A DNA stretch of 64,000 bases from Planctomycetota bacterium (GCA_026421205.1 JAPKBM010000007.1:7723-71722); one strand, 5' to 3'; positions 44,172-54,118 are shown, counted from the first letter of the stretch. Made by a program: numbers and translations. The notes: generated by a model not told the origin, from the letters alone.

Positions 44172-45019
44172 GCGCCCCAATCTCTGGCGTAGCGATAATC
44201 TAAATTAATCGTTCTGTTCGCAAGCTTGGCAATAATTGGTGGGCGCCGTTTGTATTGATTGATTTGCACGCGGTGCGTTACCGATTGAATGAAGTCATCG
44301 GCAAAACCTTTTTGACGCAGCTCTTCTTTGGAGTAGCGGCGATCTACCATGCCGTGCAAGAAAGCATCAAGGGCGTCATAGGTGTAGCCCAGCTCCTCTT
44401 CATCGGTTTGTCCTTCCCAGAGGTCAGCGCTGGGCGGCCGATTTAATATGGAGTCAGGAACGCCAAGGTGTTTGGATAGGGCAACCACTTGGGACTTGTA
44501 CAGGTCTCCGATGGGGTTGACCGCCGACGCCATGTCTCCATGAATGGTTCCGTAGCCCAAAAGGAGTTCCGTTTTATTTGACGTGCCCAAGACCAATGCC
44601 TGATCTCTGGCGGATCGATCATAAAGAGTAATCATTCGGATTCGTGCCATGATGTTTCCTTTGCGGAGTCTTCCGCGATCGGAGTTGTCCTCAGCAAGTT
44701 CGGCATCAGCAATGGCGGCGTCGGCAGGCGGGGTAATGTCCACAACTTCCAGCTGTACGCCAGCGTGCTCCGCGGACTCTTGTGCGCATGTCAAGCTGAC
44801 CGGGGAAGATAGTTGGTGTGGCATGGCAATGGCCAAGACGTTTTCTGAGCCAAGTGCACGCGCCGCTAGCTCTACTACGAGAGCCGAATCAATGCCGCCG
44901 GAAAGCCCAAGCACGGCTTTCCTGAAGCCTACCTTATGGCACTCTTCCGCCAAAAAGCCTACGAGAACTTTCTCAGCAAGTTCTACATTGCATCCAGGAG
45001 GCGATGGGAGGTCATTCAT
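44168..45019 (-). CDS. nadE: NAD+ synthetase (synthetase domain only)
   Basis: PP-loop LGLSGGIDSALV, ...GTSNKTELLLGYGT..GD..., 283 aa. Confidence 0.9.
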   Translation of the reverse strand: MNDLPSPPGCNVELAEKVLVGFLAEECHKVGFRKAVLGLSGGIDSALVVELAARALGSENVLAIAMPHQLSSPVSLTCAQESAEHAGVQLEVVDITPPADAAIADAELAEDNSDRGRLRKGNIMARIRMITLYDRSARDQALVLGTSNKTELLLGYGTIHGDMASAVNPIGDLYKSQVVALSKHLGVPDSILNRPPSADLWEGQTDEEELGYTYDALDAFLHGMVDRRYSKEELRQKGFADDFIQSVTHRVQINQYKRRPPIIAKLANRTINLDYRYARDWGA

Positions 45020-45879
45020 TGTTCCATTGCGTCAGGGTCTTTGAGGAGACGCGCAAGGTGTCGGCGAATGAGGTCAGGTTGAGCGTTTCTGCGCAGCGGT
45101 GAAAAAATTCGTGCCCGGCGGAGGGGGCCGGCGGTCATCTTAAAGAGGAGGAGTTGCTCTTCTTGGCCTTCTGCCTCCGCTTCAACTTGACCGAAAGGGC
45201 TTGTGATGGACGATCCACCCCAAAAGGAAGTGCCATCTTCGAAACCAACGCGGTTGCAATGAAGAACCCATGTCTGTGAAAACATGGCGATGGACTGGTT
45301 GAGTATATGCCAGGATTTTTGCGAAGAAAGTTCTGGAGAGTCCGTGTCCACACCACGCGCCGGACTTGCCGATGGAATCAAGAGGGCGTCGGCACCCTGA
45401 AGAAAATGTAGCCAAGGGGCAGCGGCGTGCCAAGCGTCTTCGCAAAGTAGGATGCCGAAATTTCCCCATTTACTTTTTACGGTGCCGATGTCTTCTCCTG
45501 CAGCAAAGTGGCGCCCCTCTTCAAAGATTCCATAGTCCGGCAGGAATACCTTGCGATGCACATGCAAGATTTTTCCGTCTTCCGCAAAAACGGCAGAGTT
45601 GAAATAGCGGTGATCGTCGGACTCTTCCACAAGGCCAAACAAGATGCTGCAGTCTTTGGATTGAGCAATAATTTTTTGAACGCGGTCGTCATCCAGGCGC
45701 AAGGCAACCTCCGGCACAAGGTCTTTCAAGAAATACCCCGTCAAAGAGAGTTCTGGGAAAATGATTAAGTCGGCCGACGCATCTTTGGCGCGGGAAATCC
45801 AATCTTGATGCGACTCAAAGTTCCGCGAAAGGTCCCCGAGGGCGGGGCGCGTTTGGCACAGGGCGACGAGGCAGTCCAT
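45016..45879 (-). CDS. Carbon-nitrogen hydrolase (nitrilase superfamily), probable glutaminase partner of NadE
   Basis: Glu-Lys-Cys triad contexts FPELSLTGY, HRKVFLP, LLCEDAWH. ATGA overlap with nadE. Confidence 0.85.
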   Translation of the reverse strand: MDCLVALCQTRPALGDLSRNFESHQDWISRAKDASADLIIFPELSLTGYFLKDLVPEVALRLDDDRVQKIIAQSKDCSILFGLVEESDDHRYFNSAVFAEDGKILHVHRKVFLPDYGIFEEGRHFAAGEDIGTVKSKWGNFGILLCEDAWHAAAPWLHFLQGADALLIPSASPARGVDTDSPELSSQKSWHILNQSIAMFSQTWVLHCNRVGFEDGTSFWGGSSITSPFGQVEAEAEGQEEQLLLFKMTAGPLRRARIFSPLRRNAQPDLIRRHLARLLKDPDAMEQ

Positions 45880-45900
45880 GTGCGGGGATTATCGCACTTC

Positions 45901-46620
45901 TTAGGAAGTTGCGCAGGCTACGGACTGAATCAGGGGCAGAATTTCCGACAGGTTGTGAAGCACGGGAATCCCTTCCCGCGTTTTGTCGTATTTCTGGGAT
46001 CGGTCCAGAAATGCCGTGCGCAGGCCTGCTTTGAGCGCACCGCGGACATCACGGTCCATGCGGTCGCCGACGTGAAGCGCTTCTTCCGCAGGGACACCAG
46101 CTCTAAAGAGTGCGCGGGCATAAATGGGGCCGTCTGGCTTTTCTGACCGAATCTCCGCGCTGGCTGTGATGAAATCTACTTGGTCCGCAATGCCAAGGCC
46201 CGCGCAAAGTTCCGGGAGGCGCTCTGACCAGTTGGAGATAATTCCAATTTGGAGCCCCATATCTTTTAAGGTCGTGAGGACTTCAGGAACTTCTTCGAAG
46301 AGGTGGTAAGTGCTGGGGTCTTCGAACACTGCAACCGTGCGCTGATGCGCATCTTCCTGGTCCTCTTTAGAAACGCCGAGTGATTCATAGACCATGGCGT
46401 TGAAAAACCGGAACCAACCCAGGCTAAATCGGAAACAGCCATCGATGGACTGTGGCAGAGATGTGTAGGCCAACGACATTGCCTCTTTGGAGAGGTCGGG
46501 GTTGGCGGCGCCACGGAACTCCTCAGCAATGTCCGCATAGATTGCTGAGCGCAGTTTTTTCTCTGTAAAAAGAGTATTTCCTGCGTCTAAGAATACGGCT
46601 TTAATGGGGGATGTTGCCAT
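45901..46620 (-). CDS. HAD-superfamily hydrolase
   Basis: AVFLDAGNTLF (DxG/DxD-type motif I variant), ISNWS (motif II), HVGDRMDRDV (motif IV). ATG at 46620. Confidence 0.75.
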   Translation of the reverse strand: MATSPIKAVFLDAGNTLFTEKKLRSAIYADIAEEFRGAANPDLSKEAMSLAYTSLPQSIDGCFRFSLGWFRFFNAMVYESLGVSKEDQEDAHQRTVAVFEDPSTYHLFEEVPEVLTTLKDMGLQIGIISNWSERLPELCAGLGIADQVDFITASAEIRSEKPDGPIYARALFRAGVPAEEALHVGDRMDRDVRGALKAGLRTAFLDRSQKYDKTREGIPVLHNLSEILPLIQSVACATS

Positions 46621-46678
46621 GATGCGAAAACGACCCATGGATTCTACAATAGGGGTACGGGAGTTTCTCCTTCTCATC

Positions 46679-47359
46679 ATGCTTTCCAATCACACCGCCT
46701 TCTCTCGCCTCCTGGGCGTTCTTGCCACTGTCGCCCTTTTTGGAGCGTCCTGTACATTTTCAAACTTTCACCCAGATTTGCCGCAGGCAGTGGCGCCCGG
46801 GTATCAGGTGGTTCGTGGAACCCCAAGCTGGACGCCTACACCAAGTTTGGAGAAAGAGGTTGTTTGGTCCGAGGCGTCGGCTCCAACACCGCTAGAGCCG
46901 GCAGAAGTGGTCGAGCCAGACGAAGAAATCATGGTCATTACATCGTTGGACCTTGCGGACGGAGCGCTCCACGGCGAAAGCTATGCGATGGCCTTTGAGT
47001 TGTATACAGAGCTTCTTGGCGATCACGCTGAAACACCCAACCTTTTTTACAAGGCCGGGTTTTGCGCATTTATGTTGGGTACAGAACGCCCAGGCGAAGA
47101 GTGGTTTCCTCGCGCAACCAGTTTGGTGCAAAGAGCGCTTGAGCTAGAGCCTCAACACGGCGACGCACTGTTTCTTTTGGCTTCTTGTTATGACTGGCAA
47201 GATGAGTTTTTTGCCGCAGAGCAGGCTTACATAAGGGCAATTGAATTAAGCCCGGGCCACCAAAAATCTATCCGTAATCTAATTGCCCTTTATCAACGTC
47301 AAGGCTTAGATGCCAAGGCCGATGAGCTAATGGAAATGCTTCGGCTACAGAAGAATTAG
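46679..47359 (+). CDS. TPR-repeat lipoprotein
   Basis: ATG 46679 gives MLSNHTAFSRLLGVLATVALFGASC (lipobox). TPR-like helices follow (AMAFELYTELL, ALFLLASCYDWQDEFFAAEQAYIRAIEL). Confidence 0.55.
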   Translation: MLSNHTAFSRLLGVLATVALFGASCTFSNFHPDLPQAVAPGYQVVRGTPSWTPTPSLEKEVVWSEASAPTPLEPAEVVEPDEEIMVITSLDLADGALHGESYAMAFELYTELLGDHAETPNLFYKAGFCAFMLGTERPGEEWFPRATSLVQRALELEPQHGDALFLLASCYDWQDEFFAAEQAYIRAIELSPGHQKSIRNLIALYQRQGLDAKADELMEMLRLQKN

Positions 47360-48012
47360 TAGTAAAGTACGAGGCCAAGAAGAGAGGTGAGGCCACGCAA
47401 GCCCTCTTCTCGGGTGGGATTATTATCCCCGTATGTGGGCTCACCCAGGAGATGTTCATAGGAAAGGGTGGCTTCAACGGAAACCATGGGGCTGACAAAA
47501 AAGTGCGCACCCGCTTCCACGCCAAGGCCCCAGTAGTCTGTTGTTTCTACCCCGGTGTCATTGATACCATCTAAGAACGTCCAGCCAGAGCCCAAAAGGA
47601 GATGGCTTCCCCAAAAATATTGAATCCAACCGTGGGCGTCGGCGGCCCAACGAAGGCGAGACCCAAGGCGGTACTCCAAGCCCTCTCGGTTATCAGGGCG
47701 AGCATTGTCTTGGATGTCATAGATGCGGCTATCTAAGGATGCGTAAACGGAGGTGTCCGGGGTCAGGAAGTATTCATATTGAAATCCGTACCCAGTGGTT
47801 GAGGCGTTGGCTGCCGTGTAGCCGTCCTCCACTTGCTCCCCATTCAGGTACTGGGTTTCGTCCCAGTCAAGGATGTCAATCATGGGCATATGAATGGAGA
47901 TTGCGCCGACGGGAAGGTGCTCTGGAGCAGCAAGGGTGCTTGGAGCATGACAGCCCACGGTAAACAAGGCGAAAAAGCTGCCAAGGATGAGGCGGGATGG
48001 CCAGGAAAACAT
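47356..48012 (-). CDS. Putative outer-membrane beta-barrel lipoprotein
   Basis: MFSWPSRLILGSFFALFTVGC, a Gly/Tyr/Trp-rich alternating pattern, and a terminal ...LLGLVLYY. Confidence 0.45.
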   Translation of the reverse strand: MFSWPSRLILGSFFALFTVGCHAPSTLAAPEHLPVGAISIHMPMIDILDWDETQYLNGEQVEDGYTAANASTTGYGFQYEYFLTPDTSVYASLDSRIYDIQDNARPDNREGLEYRLGSRLRWAADAHGWIQYFWGSHLLLGSGWTFLDGINDTGVETTDYWGLGVEAGAHFFVSPMVSVEATLSYEHLLGEPTYGDNNPTREEGLRGLTSLLGLVLYY

Positions 48013-48110
48013 TCTGGAAGGATACACGGACCCTTCACGGAATGTGCATGAAAGGAAGGGCGGGAGTTCCTAAAATTCCCTTCGCCGACGCAAAGCCTCG
48101 GCCCAGAAAT

Positions 48111-49208
48111 ATGAAAAAAATAAGCACCCTCCTTTTGGCAATCGCTGTCTTTTCCCTGGGATGGATAGGAAGCGCACAGGCACAGGAATCCGAAGATGGC
48201 TGGAACTGGAGCGGGGATTTCCGTTTGCGGTTTGAGCGGTCCGATGAGTTCAACAATGACGTTGATCGTACGCGTGATCGATCTCGCCTTCGCTTCCGTT
48301 TTGGGGGTGACTATGCTTTTAATGAGACCGTCAAAATAGGCGCACGTTTGGTGACCGGAGATTCCGGGAATTCAAACAGCACGCACGAGGACGTTGGCGG
48401 AGGTAATGATTATTTCGGATCTTTTGATGTTTCCCTGGACCGTCTCTACATGAATTACAGCCCCGAATGGGCACAAGGCACTTGGTTTCAGTTCGGTAAG
48501 TTCGGAAACCCCTTTCAAAAAAACCCTGTCTGGAGTGGTTTCGTTTGGGATGGTGATGTTCAGCCTGAAGGGGTGGCCTTTGGCCGGGATGAAGGCACTT
48601 TTTCTTGGACGGTTGGGGAGTACGTCCTCGACGAAAATAGTTCTGGAACAGAAACGCTGATGACGGTGGCGGAGGTCAGGATGGCCTCTGTGCAGGGTTT
48701 TGATCTTTCCGCAGCGCTGTACGATTACGATAACAATGTGGATAGTATTTTGGATCTACGCGATGGCGCCCCTCAAAAAAGTTACGGCAATCTTTTCTCT
48801 GGAACGGCCTTTGAATCCGACTTCACCATCTTTAATGCCATCGGGTCCTACCGGATGAACAAGCTCATTTTTGCTTTGGAGTACATGAAAAACCTCGGCG
48901 CGAACACGGACAATCCTTTGGTAGAGGACACGGGTTATGCCGCTGGTTTTTCCTATCAGTTGGATGACACAAATAAGGTGTACTACCAGTACGCCGACAT
49001 CGGCAATGACAGTATTCTTGCTGACTTCGCCCAAGATGATCTGCCCTCGGACTTAGGCTCTGGTTGGGCCGGCAACATCATTGGCTGGAAGCATGACCTC
49101 GGCGACAACATGCAGGCCAATCTCTGGATGATGGCCGTCACGGACTCCGCGTACGAGGATGCAGCCGACGACTACCGCATTCGCCTTGACTTCAACCTGA
49201 AGTTTTAG
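48111..49208 (+). CDS. Putative porin
   Basis: MKKISTLLLAIAVFSLGWIGSAQAQ signal, WNWSGDFRLRFE start typical of putative-porin families, and a terminal ...RIRLDFNLKF (C-terminal Phe). Confidence 0.55.
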   Translation: MKKISTLLLAIAVFSLGWIGSAQAQESEDGWNWSGDFRLRFERSDEFNNDVDRTRDRSRLRFRFGGDYAFNETVKIGARLVTGDSGNSNSTHEDVGGGNDYFGSFDVSLDRLYMNYSPEWAQGTWFQFGKFGNPFQKNPVWSGFVWDGDVQPEGVAFGRDEGTFSWTVGEYVLDENSSGTETLMTVAEVRMASVQGFDLSAALYDYDNNVDSILDLRDGAPQKSYGNLFSGTAFESDFTIFNAIGSYRMNKLIFALEYMKNLGANTDNPLVEDTGYAAGFSYQLDDTNKVYYQYADIGNDSILADFAQDDLPSDLGSGWAGNIIGWKHDLGDNMQANLWMMAVTDSAYEDAADDYRIRLDFNLKF

Positions 49209-49281
49209 GAGATCGCAAAGTTGGGCCGGCAAGATTCGGCTATTTTGGAGGGGTGCCTTTTCTTAAGGGCATCCCTCCATC

Positions 49282-51681
49282 ATGTTTAGCCTCTTCCTCC
49301 TTGCTTCTCAGGCGCTTCCCGGCGCACAATCCCCCCAAGACCTGGTTCGGGTTTACCCTAAAAATGCCCAGGAGTTCATCGCGCTTCAGGTTCTGGCGTC
49401 TGATCTAGACGATCACTACAGGCCCGCCGACGGGAGCGTGGTGGTTTACGCCACAGACCAAGAGCAGGATGCCTTTTTAGCTCGCGGCCTTGAGTTTGAG
49501 GTGCAGGTGGAAAATCTCTCTTCGTTTTATGCAAACCGAGCGGCGCAGGCAGGCACCCGGCAAAGTGTCGGCAGTATGGGTGGATTCCGAACACTTGCGG
49601 AATTGGAAATGGAGATGGATCGTTTGGCCACGACTTATCCTTACCGAGTATCTCCAAAGTTTTCGATTGGGCAAACTTTGCAAGGTCGGAATATTTGGGC
49701 GTTTCGCATGTCCACGACACCGCAACAGCATGACGCAAGTAAGCCGACAGTTTGGTATGACGCATTGCACCACGCGCGCGAGCCGATGTCGGCGGAGTCC
49801 TTATTGCAGTTTGCCAATTTGATTTGTGAAACGGAAGGGGAAAATTCTGTGATGGACCGCATTGTGCATACGCGCAATTTATTGTTTGTCCCTTGTGTGA
49901 ACCCCGATGGCTATGAAATTAATAGGCAAACCAATCCGAATGGTGGCGGCATGTGGCGTAAGAACGCGCGCTCTTCCGGCGGAGGTGTTCACGGCGTTGA
50001 TTTAAATCGAAACTATGATTGGGCATGGGGTCCAGGTTGGGGAGGTTCCAGTGGCAGCACGGGAAGTGAAACCTATCGTGGAACGGCCGCTTTTTCTGAG
50101 CCCGAAACGGCAGCACTTCGAGACTTAATGGCGCTGTACCCACCAAAAATTTCAATCACGGCCCACACGTATTCCAATCTTTGGATTTTTCCTTGGGGCT
50201 ATGACACTATTTTTGCACCAGACGATGCGTTGCTTCGGCATTACGCGTCCTTATGGTCGGCGGACTCCGGTTGGGAATATGGCACGGGCTGGGAAACGCT
50301 TTACGTAGCCAATGGGGTTGCGGGTGATTACTACTACGGGGCGCATGGGTCCTTTGCTTACACGCCGGAAATCGGAAACAGCCAAGATGGTTTCTGGCCG
50401 AATCCAAACCGGATTCCAGAGTTGTTCGCATCTGTTCTTCCGGGATACACCATGGCCGCGCAGTTTAGTGGGGCATCGGGCCAAATCATGGATGCCATTT
50501 GGGAAGAGATCAATGGTAACGGGAATGAATTCCCAGAGCCGGGGGAGACTTGGGAGCTGAACTTGATGATTGGCAACGAGGGCATGGAGGATTTAAATGG
50601 AACCCTAGAGATTGTGAGTTCAAATTCTTTCATCACCGTGCAAGGCGGTTCCGTCAACCTTCAAATTCCTCCGGGGCATGAAGAGTTTGCTCCAGGTGTG
50701 GCGGTGCAGTTTGCGAGCAATGCACCCGTCGGCGAAGCACTTTCGCTGACCGCACTTTTTGATTACGAAAACCACGCCGACGGCACGGAGGTCGGCTTGA
50801 CCCTGGGTCGGCCTCGTTTATTAGTTTTTGACAATATGGAAGAGGGCGGCGCGGGTTGGAGTATTTTGGATGATGAGCAATACTCGTGGGAGATTGCGCA
50901 ACCGCAGCAAACGCAAGACAATGGCCAAGTCGTTCAGCCTGGAGAGGATAATCCTGACGGCGATGGCACGCAGTGTTGGGTGACCGGAGCGGCCGCGGGG
51001 AATTCTTCGGGCACGAATGATGTCGATGGCGTGACGACGCTTTTATCTCCCATCTTTGACGTGGCATCCTTTGACCTAGTCGTGCTTCATTACGCGCGTT
51101 GGTTTGCCAATTTGCCAGGCAATGCCATGGATGACGTTTTCCTTGCGGAGATTTCTGCGGACGCTGGAAATACGTGGAGCGTTCTTGAAGCAATTCCAAA
51201 CCGCAATGTGTGGGAGGACGTCGGCTTTGAACTTCACGAATACGCTTCGTTGACGAGCACCATGCAACTTCGATTCACCATTGCCGATGACCCGAACAAT
51301 GATTTGACCGAAGCCTGCTTGGATGACATTCGTCTTGAGGCATGGAGTGATTTCCCCACCCTATGCGCATGGGGTGAAAATGAGATTGGCACTTCAACGC
51401 GAATTTTCCTTGATGGTATGCCCAATGAACATGCCATTGTGTTGGCCGCCATCAACGATGGGTTCCAGTTTGTTCCGGGTATCGAGGGTCCGTTTTTGCT
51501 GGGCCACACTTGGAGGATTTTCTTTGATACGCAACTCACCGTCGACGGCAGACGCACTGTAGAGGCTGTGATTCCACGCATGCTTTTGCTTTCTGGCTTA
51601 CGGGTCTATTTGCAGGCGGTGATGGACCATGGCGGGCCTCATGCAAGGTTTACGAATCGTATCGCCATTGATGTGGAGTAG
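49282..51681 (+). CDS. Secreted M14 zinc carboxypeptidase with beta-sandwich accessory domains and the shared C-terminal module
   Basis: M14 motifs ALHHAREPMS (HxxE), VNPDGYE, DLNRNY, and ITAHTYS for the second His region. 799 aa with a signal-like N-terminus. Confidence 0.8.
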   Translation: MFSLFLLASQALPGAQSPQDLVRVYPKNAQEFIALQVLASDLDDHYRPADGSVVVYATDQEQDAFLARGLEFEVQVENLSSFYANRAAQAGTRQSVGSMGGFRTLAELEMEMDRLATTYPYRVSPKFSIGQTLQGRNIWAFRMSTTPQQHDASKPTVWYDALHHAREPMSAESLLQFANLICETEGENSVMDRIVHTRNLLFVPCVNPDGYEINRQTNPNGGGMWRKNARSSGGGVHGVDLNRNYDWAWGPGWGGSSGSTGSETYRGTAAFSEPETAALRDLMALYPPKISITAHTYSNLWIFPWGYDTIFAPDDALLRHYASLWSADSGWEYGTGWETLYVANGVAGDYYYGAHGSFAYTPEIGNSQDGFWPNPNRIPELFASVLPGYTMAAQFSGASGQIMDAIWEEINGNGNEFPEPGETWELNLMIGNEGMEDLNGTLEIVSSNSFITVQGGSVNLQIPPGHEEFAPGVAVQFASNAPVGEALSLTALFDYENHADGTEVGLTLGRPRLLVFDNMEEGGAGWSILDDEQYSWEIAQPQQTQDNGQVVQPGEDNPDGDGTQCWVTGAAAGNSSGTNDVDGVTTLLSPIFDVASFDLVVLHYARWFANLPGNAMDDVFLAEISADAGNTWSVLEAIPNRNVWEDVGFELHEYASLTSTMQLRFTIADDPNNDLTEACLDDIRLEAWSDFPTLCAWGENEIGTSTRIFLDGMPNEHAIVLAAINDGFQFVPGIEGPFLLGHTWRIFFDTQLTVDGRRTVEAVIPRMLLLSGLRVYLQAVMDHGGPHARFTNRIAIDVE

Positions 51682-51692
51682 GATGAGGGGGC

Positions 51693-52883
51693 ATGTCCGT
51701 CCCCCTCGCCCAGCATTGGAATCTTGATTCCCAACAAACTTTTTTAAACCATGGCTCTTTCGGGGCTTGCCCAAGAGAGATTTTGGAAAAACAGGGATCT
51801 CTGCGGGATCACTTAGAGAGGAACCCCGTTGAGTTCCTTGCGTTTCAAGTGGAGGCCCTTCTTAATGAGTCCTCGCACCGCTTGGCGGGCTTCTTGAAAG
51901 CGCCAGCATCGGATATTGCGTTTGTACCCAATGCAACCCACGGGGTGAATGCAGTTTTGAAATCCTTGCGGTTTGCGCCGGGGGATGAATTGCTAGTGAC
52001 CAATCATGAATACAACGCTTGTCGGCAGACGTTGGACCATGTTGCAGAGATTTGGGGCGCAAGCCTTGTCGTGGCAGACATTCCATTTCCAATTGCCGAC
52101 GCGCAAGAAGCTACCAGCGCACTTTTAGAAAAGGTGTCTCCAAAGACCAAGTTTTGTCTTGTGGACCACATCACCAGTGCAACTGCGTTGGTTCTTCCGG
52201 TAGAGAAAATTGTGCCGGCATTACAGGCGCAGGGCGTTGAAGTCATGGTGGATGGCGCACACGCTCCCGGAATGTTAAATCTGGATTTAGCAAAACTTGG
52301 TGCGGACTATTACACGGGCAATTGCCATAAGTGGTTGTGTTCGCCGAAAGGCGCGGCATTTCTCTATGTGCAACCAAAGCACCAAGAGAAAATCCACCCC
52401 GCCGTAACCAGCCATGGCCGGAATAGCACCCGAAAGGACATTTCAAGATTTCATGAAGAATTCCACTGGACGGGAACTTCAGACCCCACCGCTTGGCTTT
52501 GTGTAGGGGACACTTTAGATTGGATGAGTCATCTGCTCCCGGGCGGTTGGGAGCAAATCCGCCGGCAGAATCATGAGCTTGTTTGTGAGGCTCGGAAAAC
52601 TCTATGCGCCCGCTGGGAAACGCCACCGCTTTGTCCAGAGAGCATGCTGGGCTCCATGGCGTGCATCCAACTTCCAGAAATGAAGGTAGGGGGCGTACCC
52701 CTTGCCGACGGCTCGACCCTTGCATCTCCGTTGACGCACGCTTTGCGCGCCGAAGGAATCACCGTGCCGGTTATCTCATGGCCAAGCCCTGTCGGCGATA
52801 TGGTGCGAATTTCTGCACAGGTCTATAACAGCCGACCAGACTATGAACACCTTGCCGACTTTGTGAACGGCTTGCGCGTTTAG
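51693..52883 (+). CDS. Class V aminotransferase-fold PLP enzyme (isopenicillin-N epimerase / cysteine desulfurase-like)
   Basis: FLNHGSFGACP..., VDGAHAPG, YTGNCHKWLCSPKG (PLP-Lys context). It starts 11 nt after the M14 gene. Confidence 0.8.
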   Translation: MSVPLAQHWNLDSQQTFLNHGSFGACPREILEKQGSLRDHLERNPVEFLAFQVEALLNESSHRLAGFLKAPASDIAFVPNATHGVNAVLKSLRFAPGDELLVTNHEYNACRQTLDHVAEIWGASLVVADIPFPIADAQEATSALLEKVSPKTKFCLVDHITSATALVLPVEKIVPALQAQGVEVMVDGAHAPGMLNLDLAKLGADYYTGNCHKWLCSPKGAAFLYVQPKHQEKIHPAVTSHGRNSTRKDISRFHEEFHWTGTSDPTAWLCVGDTLDWMSHLLPGGWEQIRRQNHELVCEARKTLCARWETPPLCPESMLGSMACIQLPEMKVGGVPLADGSTLASPLTHALRAEGITVPVISWPSPVGDMVRISAQVYNSRPDYEHLADFVNGLRV

Positions 52884-53341
52884 TCTTTGACGAACTCGAA
52901 GGCGCCTTGGGGCAAGAAGTAGAGAATGAGCATCTCGCCATCGGTGACGGTTGGGCAGTGGACACTTTCTTTTCCATACACCGTCCATCCGGAAAGATTT
53001 CCGTCAAACTTGGCATCCCCTGACGTGGCAATGCAGAGGTCAATTTCTCCTTCCGGATGTTTATGCTTGGGGCCAACACCAGACATGAAGACGGCGTCAA
53101 TGCTGAATTGGCAAGATTCATCTGACGGTTTCCCCACGCGAGAAAATTTCATAGGGAGTTCCCCGCGGTCACAGAGGGAGCCGTCGGCAAGACCTTCTTT
53201 GCAAAGGCGTACGATGTTTTGGACAACCTCACCCTGAAAGGGGAAGTGTTCTTCGAGAGATTCTTGGCATGTTTCCGGATGATCCAGGTCAAGGTCTTTA
53301 CAGAAATTCAGGATGGGGTGCAGTGTGGAGATGAGGGTCAT
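52880..53341 (-). CDS. Small cupin-like protein, DUF4863-like (tentative)
   Basis: GPKHKHPEGEIDLC...FDGNLSGW...HCPTVTDGEMLILYFLPQGAFEF resembles the DUF4863 (hydroxylaminobenzoate-lyase-like) pattern, recalled from memory. Confidence 0.4.
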   Translation of the reverse strand: MTLISTLHPILNFCKDLDLDHPETCQESLEEHFPFQGEVVQNIVRLCKEGLADGSLCDRGELPMKFSRVGKPSDESCQFSIDAVFMSGVGPKHKHPEGEIDLCIATSGDAKFDGNLSGWTVYGKESVHCPTVTDGEMLILYFLPQGAFEFVKD

Positions 53342-53359
53342 GGAGGGAGTCTGTTGGAG

Positions 53360-54118
53360 TTATCTGCCGAAGACGAGGCCAAAGGAGGTCGCGGACAATG
53401 CGGTGTCGTGAGAAATGAGCACGCCCCAATCTGACTTAGGTCGGAAAATGATGCCGTAGTTTAGGTTTAATTTATTTCCGTCACCGGCCGCATCTTGCAC
53501 GAAATATTTGTGATCACTGCCATGATTGCCAAGTATGCCCATGGCATCATACTTTTCTGAATATCCCGAAGTGTTGAACCACCCAAGGCCCATGAAGCCA
53601 TCAAGTTTTTCGGAAAAGTTTTTCTTGAGTCCAAGGTTAATGCCGAAGGATCTCTGGAAGCTTTCCACCGTTTCGTCATTCCAGCTTTCTTGATAATAGG
53701 GGTTGGGTCGGCTAGGCCAGCCCACAAATTTCAATTCAAAGTAGCCGGAGAATCTATTTATTCCTGATCCATAAAGGCCGAAGCCGTACCCCATCCCTGA
53801 ATTGTGAAGAGGGGGGGGTGACATCATGAAGCCAGAACTGAAGTAGTCGGAACCGGTGAAGGGCAAGGCCACAAGGTCAAAGAGTAGGCTTCCAAAAAAA
53901 TCATCCTCATCGTTTCTTTGAGAATAAGAGTGGGTGTCATCATAAGAGTGGGTGTCATCATCGGTATATGACCGATTATGCACGGACTGCTCCACTTCAA
54001 GTCGTGCGCGCGCCTTCTCTTTTTCTTCTTTTTCTTGAGAAAAAAGTAGGTTTGCGTTTCCCAAGAAGAAGAGCGTCCCAAGAAGAGTGATTGAGATTTT
54101 TTGCATTTGAAGTTTCAT
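53360..54118 (-). CDS. Secreted/outer-membrane candidate with an acidic His/Asp repeat
   Basis: Signal MKLQMQKISITLLGTLFFLGNANLLFSQ. It contains YDDTHSYDDTHSY, encoded by an 18-bp perfect tandem duplication at 53924-53959. The C-terminal half is Gly/aromatic-rich. Confidence 0.35.
   Translation of the reverse strand: MKLQMQKISITLLGTLFFLGNANLLFSQEKEEKEKARARLEVEQSVHNRSYTDDDTHSYDDTHSYSQRNDEDDFFGSLLFDLVALPFTGSDYFSSGFMMSPPPLHNSGMGYGFGLYGSGINRFSGYFELKFVGWPSRPNPYYQESWNDETVESFQRSFGINLGLKKNFSEKLDGFMGLGWFNTSGYSEKYDAMGILGNHGSDHKYFVQDAAGDGNKLNLNYGIIFRPKSDWGVLISHDTALSATSFGLVFGR

Noticed and set aside
53924-53959. Perfect 18-bp tandem duplication (ATAAGAGTGGGTGTCATC x2)
   Set aside because: It lies in-frame inside the 252-aa ORF and simply encodes DDTHSY twice. 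It is a small slippage duplication without evident regulatory meaning, and is noted under that feature only.
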